Positions 48,554 to 57,800 of a DNA stretch of 58,198 bases are shown here, piece after piece. Within the stretch, counting starts at the first letter, position 1. Every line of letters begins with the position of its first letter. Under the pieces are notes generated by a model that worked only from the letters and a program-made list of their open reading frames with translations, was not told where the DNA came from and made no database searches. This stretch comes from Cyanobacteriota bacterium (GTDB lineage: Bacteria; Cyanobacteriota; Cyanobacteriia; SKYG9), in the NCBI GenBank assembly GCA_025054735.1, contig JANWZG010000001.1, forward strand, positions 1-58,198, given 5' to 3'. The position numbers and the translations under genes were made by a program.

Positions 48554-51500
48554 CTAATCAGGGCGTTGGAGGTCAGCGGGGGGCAGCCAAGTTGTGATTC
48601 GCCCCTCTGCTGTCAGACAAGCGATGCCATCACTGGTGATGCTATGGACAATGAGAGTGCCGGGATACTGACGCTGCAAGTTGGGATGGTTACCGATGTA
48701 AGCAACTCGATCGCCAACCGCAAGGGGACAAGGGACGATCGACGCAGCATCTACAGCCTTTAACGTTGGATCAATTTCATCAACACTTGTCTGAATATCC
48801 CCCCGCGACGGGCTATGGGAAGTTGATCTCTCCAGCAACGATTGATCAATACCATTTCCAGCATCATCTCGGTCATTAGTTTCATCGCCCTGGACAGATC
48901 CAGAGCCAGGAGGACTGCCACTCAAGGTGGATGATTCTTTCACATCGTCTGGGAAAAGGGGTACAGGGACTTGGCTGATCACCTCTCTTGCTGGGGGGGA
49001 TAGAGGATATGCTTCTGCGTCTAGCTGGGGTCTAGTATCGGCGGCAGCAGTTGATGGCTGATCGGGCAATTGTGGATCAGGATCAATGCCAATATCTGGC
49101 TCTGGGAAAGGGTCGATCGTCCCTGAATTGATCAATTGTTGATGGTCAGCATCCCTCTGATTCTCGATGAGAGAAAAGGAGTTGAGGGGGGTAGACAGGC
49201 TGGCAGTTTCCTGTAGAGTAGGCACACTCTGACCAGAGGGTATATACACCGACTCAGCACCCACGCCCTCGATCGTCCCGTGACCCGCAGCAACCAGGGT
49301 TTGCATCAACTGGCGAATTTGCTCCACGGGCATCCGCCGCAGGGCATAAACACCGCTCTTAGCTTGGGAAGCTGTGACCCTGCCCAGTTTTTCGGCATAG
49401 CGTTGCAGTTTCAGGCTAGGGCCTTCTAAACCAGCGTCGGGAGAGTTGTGGGTGTAAATCAGGCGGTATTGCCAGAGGTAGTAGGCAGCTAGTTCGATCG
49501 CCTTTTCCATGGTGTCGCCGGTGATCACTTGGGTGGGACGATCGCCGCGCAGGGTCGCATTCACCAAATGTAGCCATAGTGCCAGCCGACTGGTGTAAGA
49601 CTCTATTTTGGGATAGACTGCCCGCAGTCCCACTGCTGATTCCGTAATCTGAGCATCGACTAATTGATGTTGCCAGGTTTCTAGCAGTTGTTTTGCCTCG
49701 TAACTGAGCAGGTAGTCTTGGGGAGGAAGCTGCTCCAGGTCGCGGTAGAGGCGCATCAAGGCTTCAGAGATGCCTGTATCTTGGTCATCTTGCAACAAAC
49801 GGAGATAGCGCCGGGGGAGTTTGGGGGCACAGAGCAACCAACGGGCAAAGCTACCATTGAAATCAGTGTGGTCGCCCATGAGCTGGCTCAGGGTTTCCCA
49901 TTGGTAGGCTCCGGTGCGAGAGACCGCAGACTGGGCAAGGCAAACGGATTTTTCGGCACGATCGTACAAAATCGCTGCCCCATTCCACTGGTCTAGTTCG
50001 GCCTCTTCATCGGCACCCACACCACCTCTGTACATATTGCGAGATTTAACATTGCCCACCAATTCATCGCGATAGTAGAGGATGCCGCGTGGGTTTTCGC
50101 TGTGAATACGTTGCAGGGTTTCCAGGGTGACATCCTTAGTAACATAGCGCTTGCGAGTAGGGGGCTGGCGATAGTCTCCATCCTGGGACTTGTTGGCAGC
50201 CTGTTGCTCTGCTTTGTAGTCGGCAAGGTCTAGTTGGTAGCGATCGTGTGCCTCCTTTTCCAAGGCAATTAGAGGATCGATAATCACCCGCTGCACTGGC
50301 GTTTTCAAGGAGCCAGAATCTGCTACCACCGCTGTCCAAAACACCATTGGTTGAGTATATTTGGCACTAGGCTTGACTACGACCCGTGCTCCGGTACCAA
50401 TGCGCGAAGCAGCAGCAGGCAACAACGTCGTGAATAGCATTTCTGGAGCCGTTGGCATGGCCCTAGCTGTATCAATCAATTGTTGAGCAAAGGCTGGCTC
50501 TAGGTAACGGTGTAGATTGAGTTGCGTGTGGCGGATGTTCAGCAGGTTGTGCAGTTTTTGAATGGCATCGGCTAGGTTGGTTTGCAGGTCAACTTCAATC
50601 ATCAAGGCCTGTGCTAGGTGAGAAATATCACGGTAGTAATAGCCTGCCGTTTGTGCCAACTCCATCAGGGCAAACTCTCTCTGTCCTGGGGAATCGTGCT
50701 GCCGCAGAATCGTGAGGATCTGATCCCGGAGAGAGGGAGAAGCTGACGGAGGATGGAGAACAGGGGATGGAGGGACAGCAAGGGCGGCAGCAGTGAGGAA
50801 ATCTTGCCAGGTGTAGCCGACATCAAGGGCATTGGAAACATCCCAGCCAGCGATCGGGCAATCCTCTGGCATGGGCACTTGGGCAATGCGTCCCCGATCG
50901 CCCAGCACCAGCGCTAGTTTTTCTGCCCCAGCCTCTCCTGGAACTACACCATCTTTACGAGGTTCGTCATTACGATCAAAGAAAATCGTCACTGTACCCG
51001 GTAAGGGATCCAACTGGTCAAGGGGTGGTATGGTGCCGCAGCCTGCGGTAGAACAAGCAACAGCAATCGATGCCCCCTGCTGTTGTGCTTCCCAACCAAG
51101 ACGCATCCCATCCCATTCCCCTTCACAGAACCAAGTCTCTGTAGCATTCTCTGGGTGATAGGTCAGCCACACCGTTGCCGGAACCCCGTACTGGCTCCAG
51201 CGGCTCAGACCATCGGGACGATCGTCCCCCGTTAGCCATGGTGCAATGCGTAACTTGCGGTAAAACTGTCCCGGCTGGTTGGGTACAGGAATGTGCAGGG
51301 CGATCGCCCACACATAGCGTAACTGCGGGTGATCCTTGAGGGGATAGCGCTCCAACCCAAGCTGGAAATGGCGGATCATGTCACGGGTAAAGCCGCGACC
51401 CTCTAGCCAGCAAAGAGCCTGCTGTTGATCTGGTTGACTCGCACTGAGCAGACGATCAACTGACTGCTGCACCTGCCGTCGGCTAAAGACCTGTGGCGAA

Positions 51501-51820
51501 CGCAGCCCGACCTTTGTGACCTTCGTGTCTTTGTGGTGTTCTTGTTTGCAGTGTTCTTGAACAGAGAACCCAGCACTCGCAGCAAACGGTAGCGGTGCAT
51601 TCAACGCCGCCCGGATCTGCTCTGGCGTGCAGCCGCGATAGCACCAATACTTGCCGTTGTCATTGACCTGAAGGTTTTTCTGCTTGAGCTTGCCGTCCTG
51701 TTCGCAGCTAGGACAACTCGCCCGCCCATTGTGAACTTCGATGTAATTACGAATGTCAAATTTACACCCGTTGCGGGTGTGCGCTACAATCTTACTAAGC
51801 ATGATAAATATCCAGCTCAT
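48554..51820 (-). CDS. Large primase-helicase-like replication protein (zinc finger + Toprim-like + DUF3987-like), plasmid or mobile-element type
   Basis: 1088 aa. It has a Cys-rich finger (CPSCEQDGK...WCYRGC) and acidic Toprim-like motifs (WFCEGEWDG, TIFFDRNDEP). A DUF3987-like centre follows (PRGILYYRDELVGN, GGVGADEEAELDQWNG). The protein ends in a P/S/D-rich low-complexity linker and a small C-terminal beta domain (VGDRVAYIG...LIVHSI). An alternative start is ATG 51802. Confidence 0.8.
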   Translation of the reverse strand: MSWIFIMLSKIVAHTRNGCKFDIRNYIEVHNGRASCPSCEQDGKLKQKNLQVNDNGKYWCYRGCTPEQIRAALNAPLPFAASAGFSVQEHCKQEHHKDTKVTKVGLRSPQVFSRRQVQQSVDRLLSASQPDQQQALCWLEGRGFTRDMIRHFQLGLERYPLKDHPQLRYVWAIALHIPVPNQPGQFYRKLRIAPWLTGDDRPDGLSRWSQYGVPATVWLTYHPENATETWFCEGEWDGMRLGWEAQQQGASIAVACSTAGCGTIPPLDQLDPLPGTVTIFFDRNDEPRKDGVVPGEAGAEKLALVLGDRGRIAQVPMPEDCPIAGWDVSNALDVGYTWQDFLTAAALAVPPSPVLHPPSASPSLRDQILTILRQHDSPGQREFALMELAQTAGYYYRDISHLAQALMIEVDLQTNLADAIQKLHNLLNIRHTQLNLHRYLEPAFAQQLIDTARAMPTAPEMLFTTLLPAAASRIGTGARVVVKPSAKYTQPMVFWTAVVADSGSLKTPVQRVIIDPLIALEKEAHDRYQLDLADYKAEQQAANKSQDGDYRQPPTRKRYVTKDVTLETLQRIHSENPRGILYYRDELVGNVKSRNMYRGGVGADEEAELDQWNGAAILYDRAEKSVCLAQSAVSRTGAYQWETLSQLMGDHTDFNGSFARWLLCAPKLPRRYLRLLQDDQDTGISEALMRLYRDLEQLPPQDYLLSYEAKQLLETWQHQLVDAQITESAVGLRAVYPKIESYTSRLALWLHLVNATLRGDRPTQVITGDTMEKAIELAAYYLWQYRLIYTHNSPDAGLEGPSLKLQRYAEKLGRVTASQAKSGVYALRRMPVEQIRQLMQTLVAAGHGTIEGVGAESVYIPSGQSVPTLQETASLSTPLNSFSLIENQRDADHQQLINSGTIDPFPEPDIGIDPDPQLPDQPSTAAADTRPQLDAEAYPLSPPAREVISQVPVPLFPDDVKESSTLSGSPPGSGSVQGDETNDRDDAGNGIDQSLLERSTSHSPSRGDIQTSVDEIDPTLKAVDAASIVPCPLAVGDRVAYIGNHPNLQRQYPGTLIVHSITSDGIACLTAEGRITTWLPPADLQRPD
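51762..51790 (+). promoter_or_regulatory. Candidate sigma70 promoter on the strand antisense to the rep gene
   Basis: TTACAC (51762-51767), 17 nt, then TACAAT (51785-51790), read directly inside the first codons of the rep ORF. Confidence 0.4.
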
Positions 51821-51869
51821 GGCTGGGCGAATGACGACCCACTAGCTCGCAACTAGTGGGTTTTGTTTT
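51797..51869 (+). ncRNA. Candidate ~70-nt antisense RNA covering the rep start codon(s) and 5' leader
   Basis: Bounded by the promoter above (predicted start near 51797) and the plus-strand terminator at 51838-51869. It is complementary to both possible rep start codons (51818-51820, 51800-51802). Confidence 0.35.
51838..51869 (+). terminator. Plus-strand intrinsic terminator with no plus-strand gene to terminate
   Basis: CCCACTAG (51838-51845) pairs with CTAGTGGG (51853-51860) around a 7-nt loop, then TTTTGTTTTGGGTTTTG follows. On the minus strand the hairpin is followed by non-U-rich sequence. Confidence 0.6.
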
Positions 51870-51932
51870 GGGTTTTGTGTTTGCAAATAACTGGAAAATG
51901 AGACCGGAATGCCGCCCTCACCCAGGTGCTAA

Positions 51933-52166
51933 CTAGCCCTCTGCACCTTCGACGCGACGGGTGCTGTCCAGATCTTGAACTCGCACTAGTTTGTAAGTAC
52001 CTCGTGCTAGTTGCTCCAAAAGTTCGCACTTTGTCCGCACATTTTCTTGAGCTGCTAGCTTGTCTAGGGCTAACAGAGCTGTAGGTGTGAGAGACAGGGT
52101 GGTGCGCGTTTTTGGCTCACCCCATGCCAGGGGACGACCCAACCGTTCGCGTTTTCTGGTTTGCAT
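51933..52166 (-). CDS. Small ribbon-helix-helix-like DNA-binding protein upstream of rep
   Basis: 77 aa with a basic N-terminus, then a beta-strand-like RTTLSLTP and two short helices (TALLALDKLAAQENV, RTKCELLEQLARG). Confidence 0.45.
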   Translation of the reverse strand: MQTRKRERLGRPLAWGEPKTRTTLSLTPTALLALDKLAAQENVRTKCELLEQLARGTYKLVRVQDLDSTRRVEGAEG

Positions 52167-52204
52167 TGGACGTAACAGCAGTTGAAAAATAGTGATCCTG
52201 ATCT

Positions 52205-52254
52205 TAATGCATAACTAATGCATAAGAAAGTATTTGGTATGCATTAATGCATAA
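52205..52254. promoter_or_regulatory. ATGCAT-core repeat cluster (candidate operator/iterons)
   Basis: TAATGCATAA occurs at 52205-52214, 52216-52225 (11-bp phasing) and 52245-52254. A perfect 16-bp palindrome TATGCATTAATGCATA lies at 52238-52253. All are 39-88 nt upstream of the RHH start. Confidence 0.55.
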
Positions 52255-52349
52255 CATTTTGTTACGCAGCACTGGTTTAAACACCGATCGCCCTGTTACA
52301 GATCGATCACTTTTGGGAAAAGCTTTCAGGGCTTGCGATAGATAACTAC

Positions 52350-52393
52350 TAATGACTCAAGTAATAATGACTTAATAATGACTCAAGTAATGA
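52350..52393. repeat. TAATGA(C) direct repeats at the island/rfbD junction
   Basis: TAATGACTCAAGTAAT occurs at 52350-52365 and 52376-52391. Partial copies are TAATGACTT at 52365-52373 and TAATGA at 52388-52393. The cluster ends 2 nt before the rfbD stop codon. Confidence 0.6.
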
Positions 52394-52394
52394 T

Positions 52395-53279
52395 TTAAGC
52401 TGCAAGCATTTGACGGAGCATTACTCGTAAGGCCGATCGCCAGTGGGGCGGAATCGTTCCTAGTGCTGCTGACACTTTCTTGCCGGACAGTACCGAATAA
52501 GCTGGGCGCTTGGCTGGGGTGGGATATTCGGCAGTGGTAATAGGAACGACCCGCTGCATGGCTAGGGACATGTCTAAGGCAGCCGCCTCTTCAAAGATGG
52601 CCACAGCGAAGTCATACCAGCTAATGGCTCCACTGTTGGTATAGTGATAGGTGCCAGGACTGATCGTCTCCTGCAAGAGACCTAGAAGTAACTGGGCGAT
52701 CGCGGTGGCCAAGTCCCCTGTCCATGTAGGTGTGCCTACCTGGTCAACCACCACCCGCAGTTCTTCCCGCTCTTTGCCCAGCCGCAGCATCGTTTTCACA
52801 AAGTTGCCTTTGCCGCCTACACCATAAACCCACGCCGTGCGCAGAATCAGATGGCGATCGCAGGCTTGGCGCACCCCATCTTCTCCCAGCAGTTTGGACT
52901 TGCCATAGGCACCAACGGGATTGGGGGTATCATCTTCCAAGTATGGGGTGTTCTTCTGGCCATCGAATACGTAGTCAGTAGAAATGTGGATGAGAGGAAT
53001 GTGCAACTCCTGTGCCACCTCTGCCATGACTGTGGGTGTAGTGCCATTGATCGTGTTAGCAAGGTCTGCCTCCGACTCTGCCTTGTCTACTGCTGTGTAG
53101 GCAGCGGCATTCACGATCGCCCTCGGTCGCCAGTCCCGAATCTTTGTCCGCACCTGCTCCGGTTGTGACAAGTCCAGTTCATCTCGACTGACTGGCATCA
53201 CCTCACCCACTGTGGCTAACACTGGTTGGAGGTCGTGGCCTAATTGTCCTGCTGCGCCTGTTAACAAAATTTGGGTCAT
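52395..53279 (-). CDS. rfbD: dTDP-4-dehydrorhamnose reductase
   Basis: 294 aa with [31 protein letters not shown] and YGKSKLLGE (YxxxK). Confidence 0.9.
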   Translation of the reverse strand: MTQILLTGAAGQLGHDLQPVLATVGEVMPVSRDELDLSQPEQVRTKIRDWRPRAIVNAAAYTAVDKAESEADLANTINGTTPTVMAEVAQELHIPLIHISTDYVFDGQKNTPYLEDDTPNPVGAYGKSKLLGEDGVRQACDRHLILRTAWVYGVGGKGNFVKTMLRLGKEREELRVVVDQVGTPTWTGDLATAIAQLLLGLLQETISPGTYHYTNSGAISWYDFAVAIFEEAAALDMSLAMQRVVPITTAEYPTPAKRPAYSVLSGKKVSAALGTIPPHWRSALRVMLRQMLAA

Positions 53280-53821
53280 GGGTATACCTCCGCTGTGGCA
53301 AAGGGTGTACCAGCTTGGTCTTTTTTAGAAAGGATTGGCTCACCCTCTAGCTTCCAGTCAATTCCCAAGTCTGGATCATTCCAAAGAATGCTGCGCTCAT
53401 AGGCAGGTGCATAGTAGTCTGTTGTTTTGTATAACACTTCTGCTGAATCGGATACTACTACAAATCCGTGGGCAAAGCCGGGGGGCACCCAAACCTGACG
53501 CTTGTTGTCGGCGCTGAGGCTGACTCCTGTCCATTGACCAAAGGTGGGGGACGATCGCCGAATATCCACCGCTACGTCGTAGATTTCGCCAGCAATCACC
53601 CGCACCAACTTGCCTTGTGCTTGCTGAATTTGGTAGTGCAACCCGCGTAGCACATTCTTGACAGACTTGGAATGGTTATCTTGCACGAACCGCACACTAA
53701 GGCCAGTTTTTTCACAGAAGACTTGCTCGTTATAGCTTTCAAAAAAGAAGCCCCGATCGTCGCCAAATACCCGTGGCTCAAGAATCAAGACATCAGGGAT
53801 TTCAGAGGGAACAATATTCAT
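53276..53821 (-). CDS. rfbC: dTDP-4-dehydrorhamnose 3,5-epimerase
   Basis: 181 aa with [40 protein letters not shown] and YY. It has an ATGA overlap with rfbD. Confidence 0.92.
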   Translation of the reverse strand: MNIVPSEIPDVLILEPRVFGDDRGFFFESYNEQVFCEKTGLSVRFVQDNHSKSVKNVLRGLHYQIQQAQGKLVRVIAGEIYDVAVDIRRSSPTFGQWTGVSLSADNKRQVWVPPGFAHGFVVVSDSAEVLYKTTDYYAPAYERSILWNDPDLGIDWKLEGEPILSKKDQAGTPFATAEVYP

Positions 53822-53825
53822 GAAC

Positions 53826-54857
53826 TTATATATTAGACAACGATGCTGAGGACGGTGGAGTTACCCGTCCAGAAATAGTGCGCTTAAAGAATACACTGTT
53901 GGTGAAGAAATCTATCAGCACGTAGGGTGGATCGTTATTAGGCTTGCACTGAATCAATTGCCGTAACCGCCATAGGGATCGACCGAGCAGCCAGATTATG
54001 TCGGCAAGGGCAGCATAGAGCCAGCCGTAGTTTTTTACAAAGAATCGGCGGCGCGACACGAACAAGTAGGGTGGTAGCCGTTTTGGACGTTGATCGCGGA
54101 CGGTGACACCAGTGCTTTGCCCAGCAATGTGCATAACGCGGCTTTCAGGCACATACCAGCAGGGCCAGCCAGCCCGTTTGGCCTGCAAGCAAAAGTCGGT
54201 TTCTTCGTAGTAGAGGAAGTAGTCCTCGTCCATGAGGCCGATCGCGTCGAAGACTTCCTTGCGAATCATCAAGCTAGCACCGGGGAGCCAATCGATCGGT
54301 TGGGCCACAGGTGTTAAGGTTTGAGGAACAACATGTTTTTTCAGCAACTTGGTGACAAAGCCTAGGCGTAGGCCATCGTCCAGTTCGCTCCAAAGGGAGG
54401 GAAATTTGAAGCCGATCGGCCACAGGCTACCGTCGGCATTTTCAAAGCTGCTACCAGCAATGCCGACGTGGGGGTGATGCTCCATGAAGTCCAACAGGGC
54501 ATGGAGTGCACCAGGACGCACCTGAGTATCAGGATTCAGCAGCAGCACGTAACTGGGAGGATAGGCTGACTGCAAGGCCGGACGAATGGCAAAGTTGTTG
54601 CCGTAGGCATAGCCGCCGTTGTAGGGAGCAGGCAAGAGATACGCCCAATCATGCCAGTGGTTTTCAGCGATCGCAGCGCTGATTTGGGCTACCGAGTCAT
54701 CTCCAGAGGGATTGTCAACCACGGCAACACGTACACTGGGCAGTGCTTTTACTTCTGGGTATAGCGATCGCAAACAATCGACAACTAAATCTGGCCGACG
54801 ATAGTTAACAATGACAACCAGAAGCTGTAGCGGGCTGGTCCAAACACTAGCAGTCAT
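53826..54857 (-). CDS. Family 2 glycosyltransferase (rhamnosyltransferase-like)
   Basis: 343 aa with [32 protein letters not shown] and YYEETDFC. Confidence 0.8.
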   Translation of the reverse strand: MTASVWTSPLQLLVVIVNYRRPDLVVDCLRSLYPEVKALPSVRVAVVDNPSGDDSVAQISAAIAENHWHDWAYLLPAPYNGGYAYGNNFAIRPALQSAYPPSYVLLLNPDTQVRPGALHALLDFMEHHPHVGIAGSSFENADGSLWPIGFKFPSLWSELDDGLRLGFVTKLLKKHVVPQTLTPVAQPIDWLPGASLMIRKEVFDAIGLMDEDYFLYYEETDFCLQAKRAGWPCWYVPESRVMHIAGQSTGVTVRDQRPKRLPPYLFVSRRRFFVKNYGWLYAALADIIWLLGRSLWRLRQLIQCKPNNDPPYVLIDFFTNSVFFKRTISGRVTPPSSASLSNI

Positions 54858-54861
54858 AGGG

Positions 54862-57800
54862 TTAAAGAATGGCTGATAAATGATTAGATGCAGACGAGGC
54901 AGGCATTTGAGTGGTGATGTAGTTTCGCAGAATTTCTGCCATCACAGCGACATTTGGCTCTTGGAGCATACTGGCATGACCGCCAGGTACATCGTACACT
55001 TTCACGCCCTTGATTGTTCGTCGCTCCCAGCCTAGTAATGGGTCGCTGTAAATATGGCTAAACGGCTCATCAGTGCCTGTGCCTTCCGTTGCTCGCAACA
55101 ATACTAGCTCACCGTCAAAGGGTTCAAGGGGACGATAGTCTAGCTCGGCGTAGTTGTAGGCTGTACGTACAGAAATGGGTGCTAGCCAAGCTGGTATCGG
55201 ACGGTTGCGATCAAGGCAATAACGAAACAAGCGCATCTTCAGGTTTTGCTGTAGTCTCTTGAAGCGGCTAGTCACCTCGTATTGCACCAAGTTAGTTACC
55301 TTTTGCCAGACTTTGGTGAGGATAAATAGCCAGCGCTGCCAGTGGGGTAGCTTGCTGCCTTGACTCAGTGCTTCAGAAAAACGGCTCATGCGTTGTCCAG
55401 CAATGTGGCCAACCCGTTTAGGTGCTGCTACATCGGCAGAATCCATCAGGGCTACCAAACCAATCTGCTGACCTTGTGCTCGCAGTTGCCGTGCCACTTC
55501 ATAGGCCAACACGCCACCCGCGCACATGCCTCCCAGAAAGTAGGGGCCAACGGGTTGCACGCCGCGAATTTGGTCAGCGTAGTAGCTTGCCATGTCTGTA
55601 ATGCGAGTATGGAGCATGGGAAATTGGTCGTTGCCAAGGGGCTGCACACCATAGACAGGTAAAGATGGATCCATGCGCTTTGCTAGGTTGCGATAGAGCA
55701 GGGTTTCGCCGTCACCATCGTGGATTAGAAACAGAGCGTAGTTGGCATCTCCGGGCTTCAGCAAGACAACGGATCCCTTAACGGTTTGCTGATCAGTTTT
55801 GTTGATCAAGTCAGCGAGTTGGGCGATCGTGGGTGCTGCCAAAATCGTTGTTAGAGGCAGTTTTTTGCCAAATTCTTGCTCTATCCAAACAAATAGCTCC
55901 ACCGCTAGTAGAGAGGTGCCGCCTAGGTCAAAGTAGTTATCTTCGATACCAACGGCATCAAGGCGCAACAGCTTACACCACTGTGCCGCTAGCAGGTGTT
56001 CTGTAGCGGTCTGTGGGGGCACAAACGCTTGCTTTAGAGAGCGAGCTGATTTTGCTCGTCTTTCCAATTGGGCAAGGATTTGCTCTGGCTGATATAGCTC
56101 AAGGGCAATGCGTGTCTGTTGGGCAGATTTGTCGATCGCGGTAGCCTGACTACCATTCACGCTAGAACTCTTTGCCTTGGGCTTCTCGTCTGCAAGGGCC
56201 AGCACTTCAGCATTAGGTGTATGGGTAACTGTAGCAGCATAGTCTGCTGGAAAGCGATAACAGGCACCGTCTCCGTCGGGTTGTTTGTAGGCTGCCCCCA
56301 CACTGTCAAGGAAGTTGAGGACAGGCAGGTTTTTCTTAGTAGGACGGTAGGGTATTAGTACGTAGTTCAATCCCTTGCTCTGGGCAACAGTCCCCAAATG
56401 GTTGAGCATAGCATGTTCTACCCCTCGTCCCAGTACTCGGCAACTGAGTAAGAAGGAATCAACTTGCAGAGCATTATCAGCCGTGCCGAAGATCATCACT
56501 CCCACAAGCCCATAATCGCCAAAACGATCACTGACCTGCACCATACGGCACTCTAGCCCAGCTTGGGCAAGCTGCTGAATCTCTGTCTCTGAGCGTCGGA
56601 TCGTGGTGATATTAAACTGGTTAGTGCGCTGAGTAAGCTGAGAAACACGAGGAATTTGCTCCTCTGTGGGAACGTCGATTGTAATCGTGAGGTTAAGACC
56701 AGCCAGGAAGTCACTGATTGTGGGAGCCTCTTTTTGGAAGCGCGATCGCTCTATATTTTGCTTGTAGAGTGCTGTGCGCTGCTTGTCTTCCTCTGTCACC
56801 TTCAGGTGATCAAACGCCCATATATGGTTCAGGAACTGGGGAATATCTCCTGCGATCGGTAATTGCAACGTCAACACCTCTGGACAAGCTGATCGCACCT
56901 CTGCACATTCCACTGGGTTATCATCGATAAAAATGAAGCTATCTAGTCCTAAATTTAACTCCTGAGCCAGGGACTTTAAGTTTTCAGATTTGGGCATCCA
57001 GTTTACTCGCCATGCCACCAAGTGTTCCCGCTTTAGGATCATGTCTTGACGCTGATCAAACACTTCCATGACATCAGCTTCAATGTTCTTGCTACAGAGA
57101 CAGATCACCATTCCTGCCTGTTGCTGCTTCACCATAAAAGCCTGCAATTCTTGCCAAGGAGGGGGAATCTCAATACCCATAACCCCATCTTCACCTACAA
57201 CTCCCTTCCAAAGGGTGTTATCGCAGTCTAGGACAATCACCTTATAGGGTGGATGTTTGAGGGCATAGATCTTGCGAGCCAAGATAGTGCCCAAAGTGGC
57301 AAAGAAGAGTGGCGTGAAGGGGATATGCCCCAGCTTGTCTCGTGATGGGTCGTAGTAGTTAGCTACGGGGTACAGAGCAAAATCTGCTGTTTGCACCAGG
57401 TACAGACCAGGAATGCTGCTGGTCTCAGCTATAAATTGCTCAGTAATCCGCTGGAAGAAAGCAGCTCGGCTGGGATCTGCCTGCACGGCTGGTGAAGACG
57501 GGCATAGCCCAACTATGTAGGGTGTTGATGATCGTCCTGTTGCTGCTCTGAGAGCTACGATTAGGTCATCTAGATTACGCTCTACTTGGGCGATCGAGTC
57601 ATCGTGTTCTGCTAGTTCCCGTTGCCAGTCTTCCCAGCGTACTAGGATAATATTCACACCTTGGCGATTTTGGGCTAACAGACTAGACGGGTTCAGCAAC
57701 TCTTGAAAGATTTGATTGTAGGGAGCAAATTCCACTCCAGCAGACAAGTTGAGAGTTTGTAGCCAGAAGCTGAGTGAGTCTTCTAAAGGTTCTGCTGTAA

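Noticed and set aside
52207-52252. The four ATGCAT hexamers as clustered restriction sites (the AvaIII/NsiI-type sequence) related to the nearby R-M cassette.
   Set aside because: The MTase is a C5-cytosine enzyme with unknown target. The phased arrangement directly upstream of an RHH gene is better explained as protein-binding repeats.
37586-52393. Whether any repeat cluster is a CRISPR array (heptamers at 37586-37642; ATGCAT and TAATGA repeats at 52205-52393; 21- and 42-bp tandem repeats at 47317-48360).
   Set aside because: The units are too short or directly tandem without unique spacers, some are in-frame coding repeats, and no cas genes are present.
39902-52394. Calling the accessory island an integrative element or prophage.
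   Set aside because: No integrase, excisionase, transposase, tRNA/tmRNA target, terminal direct repeats or phage structural genes could be identified.
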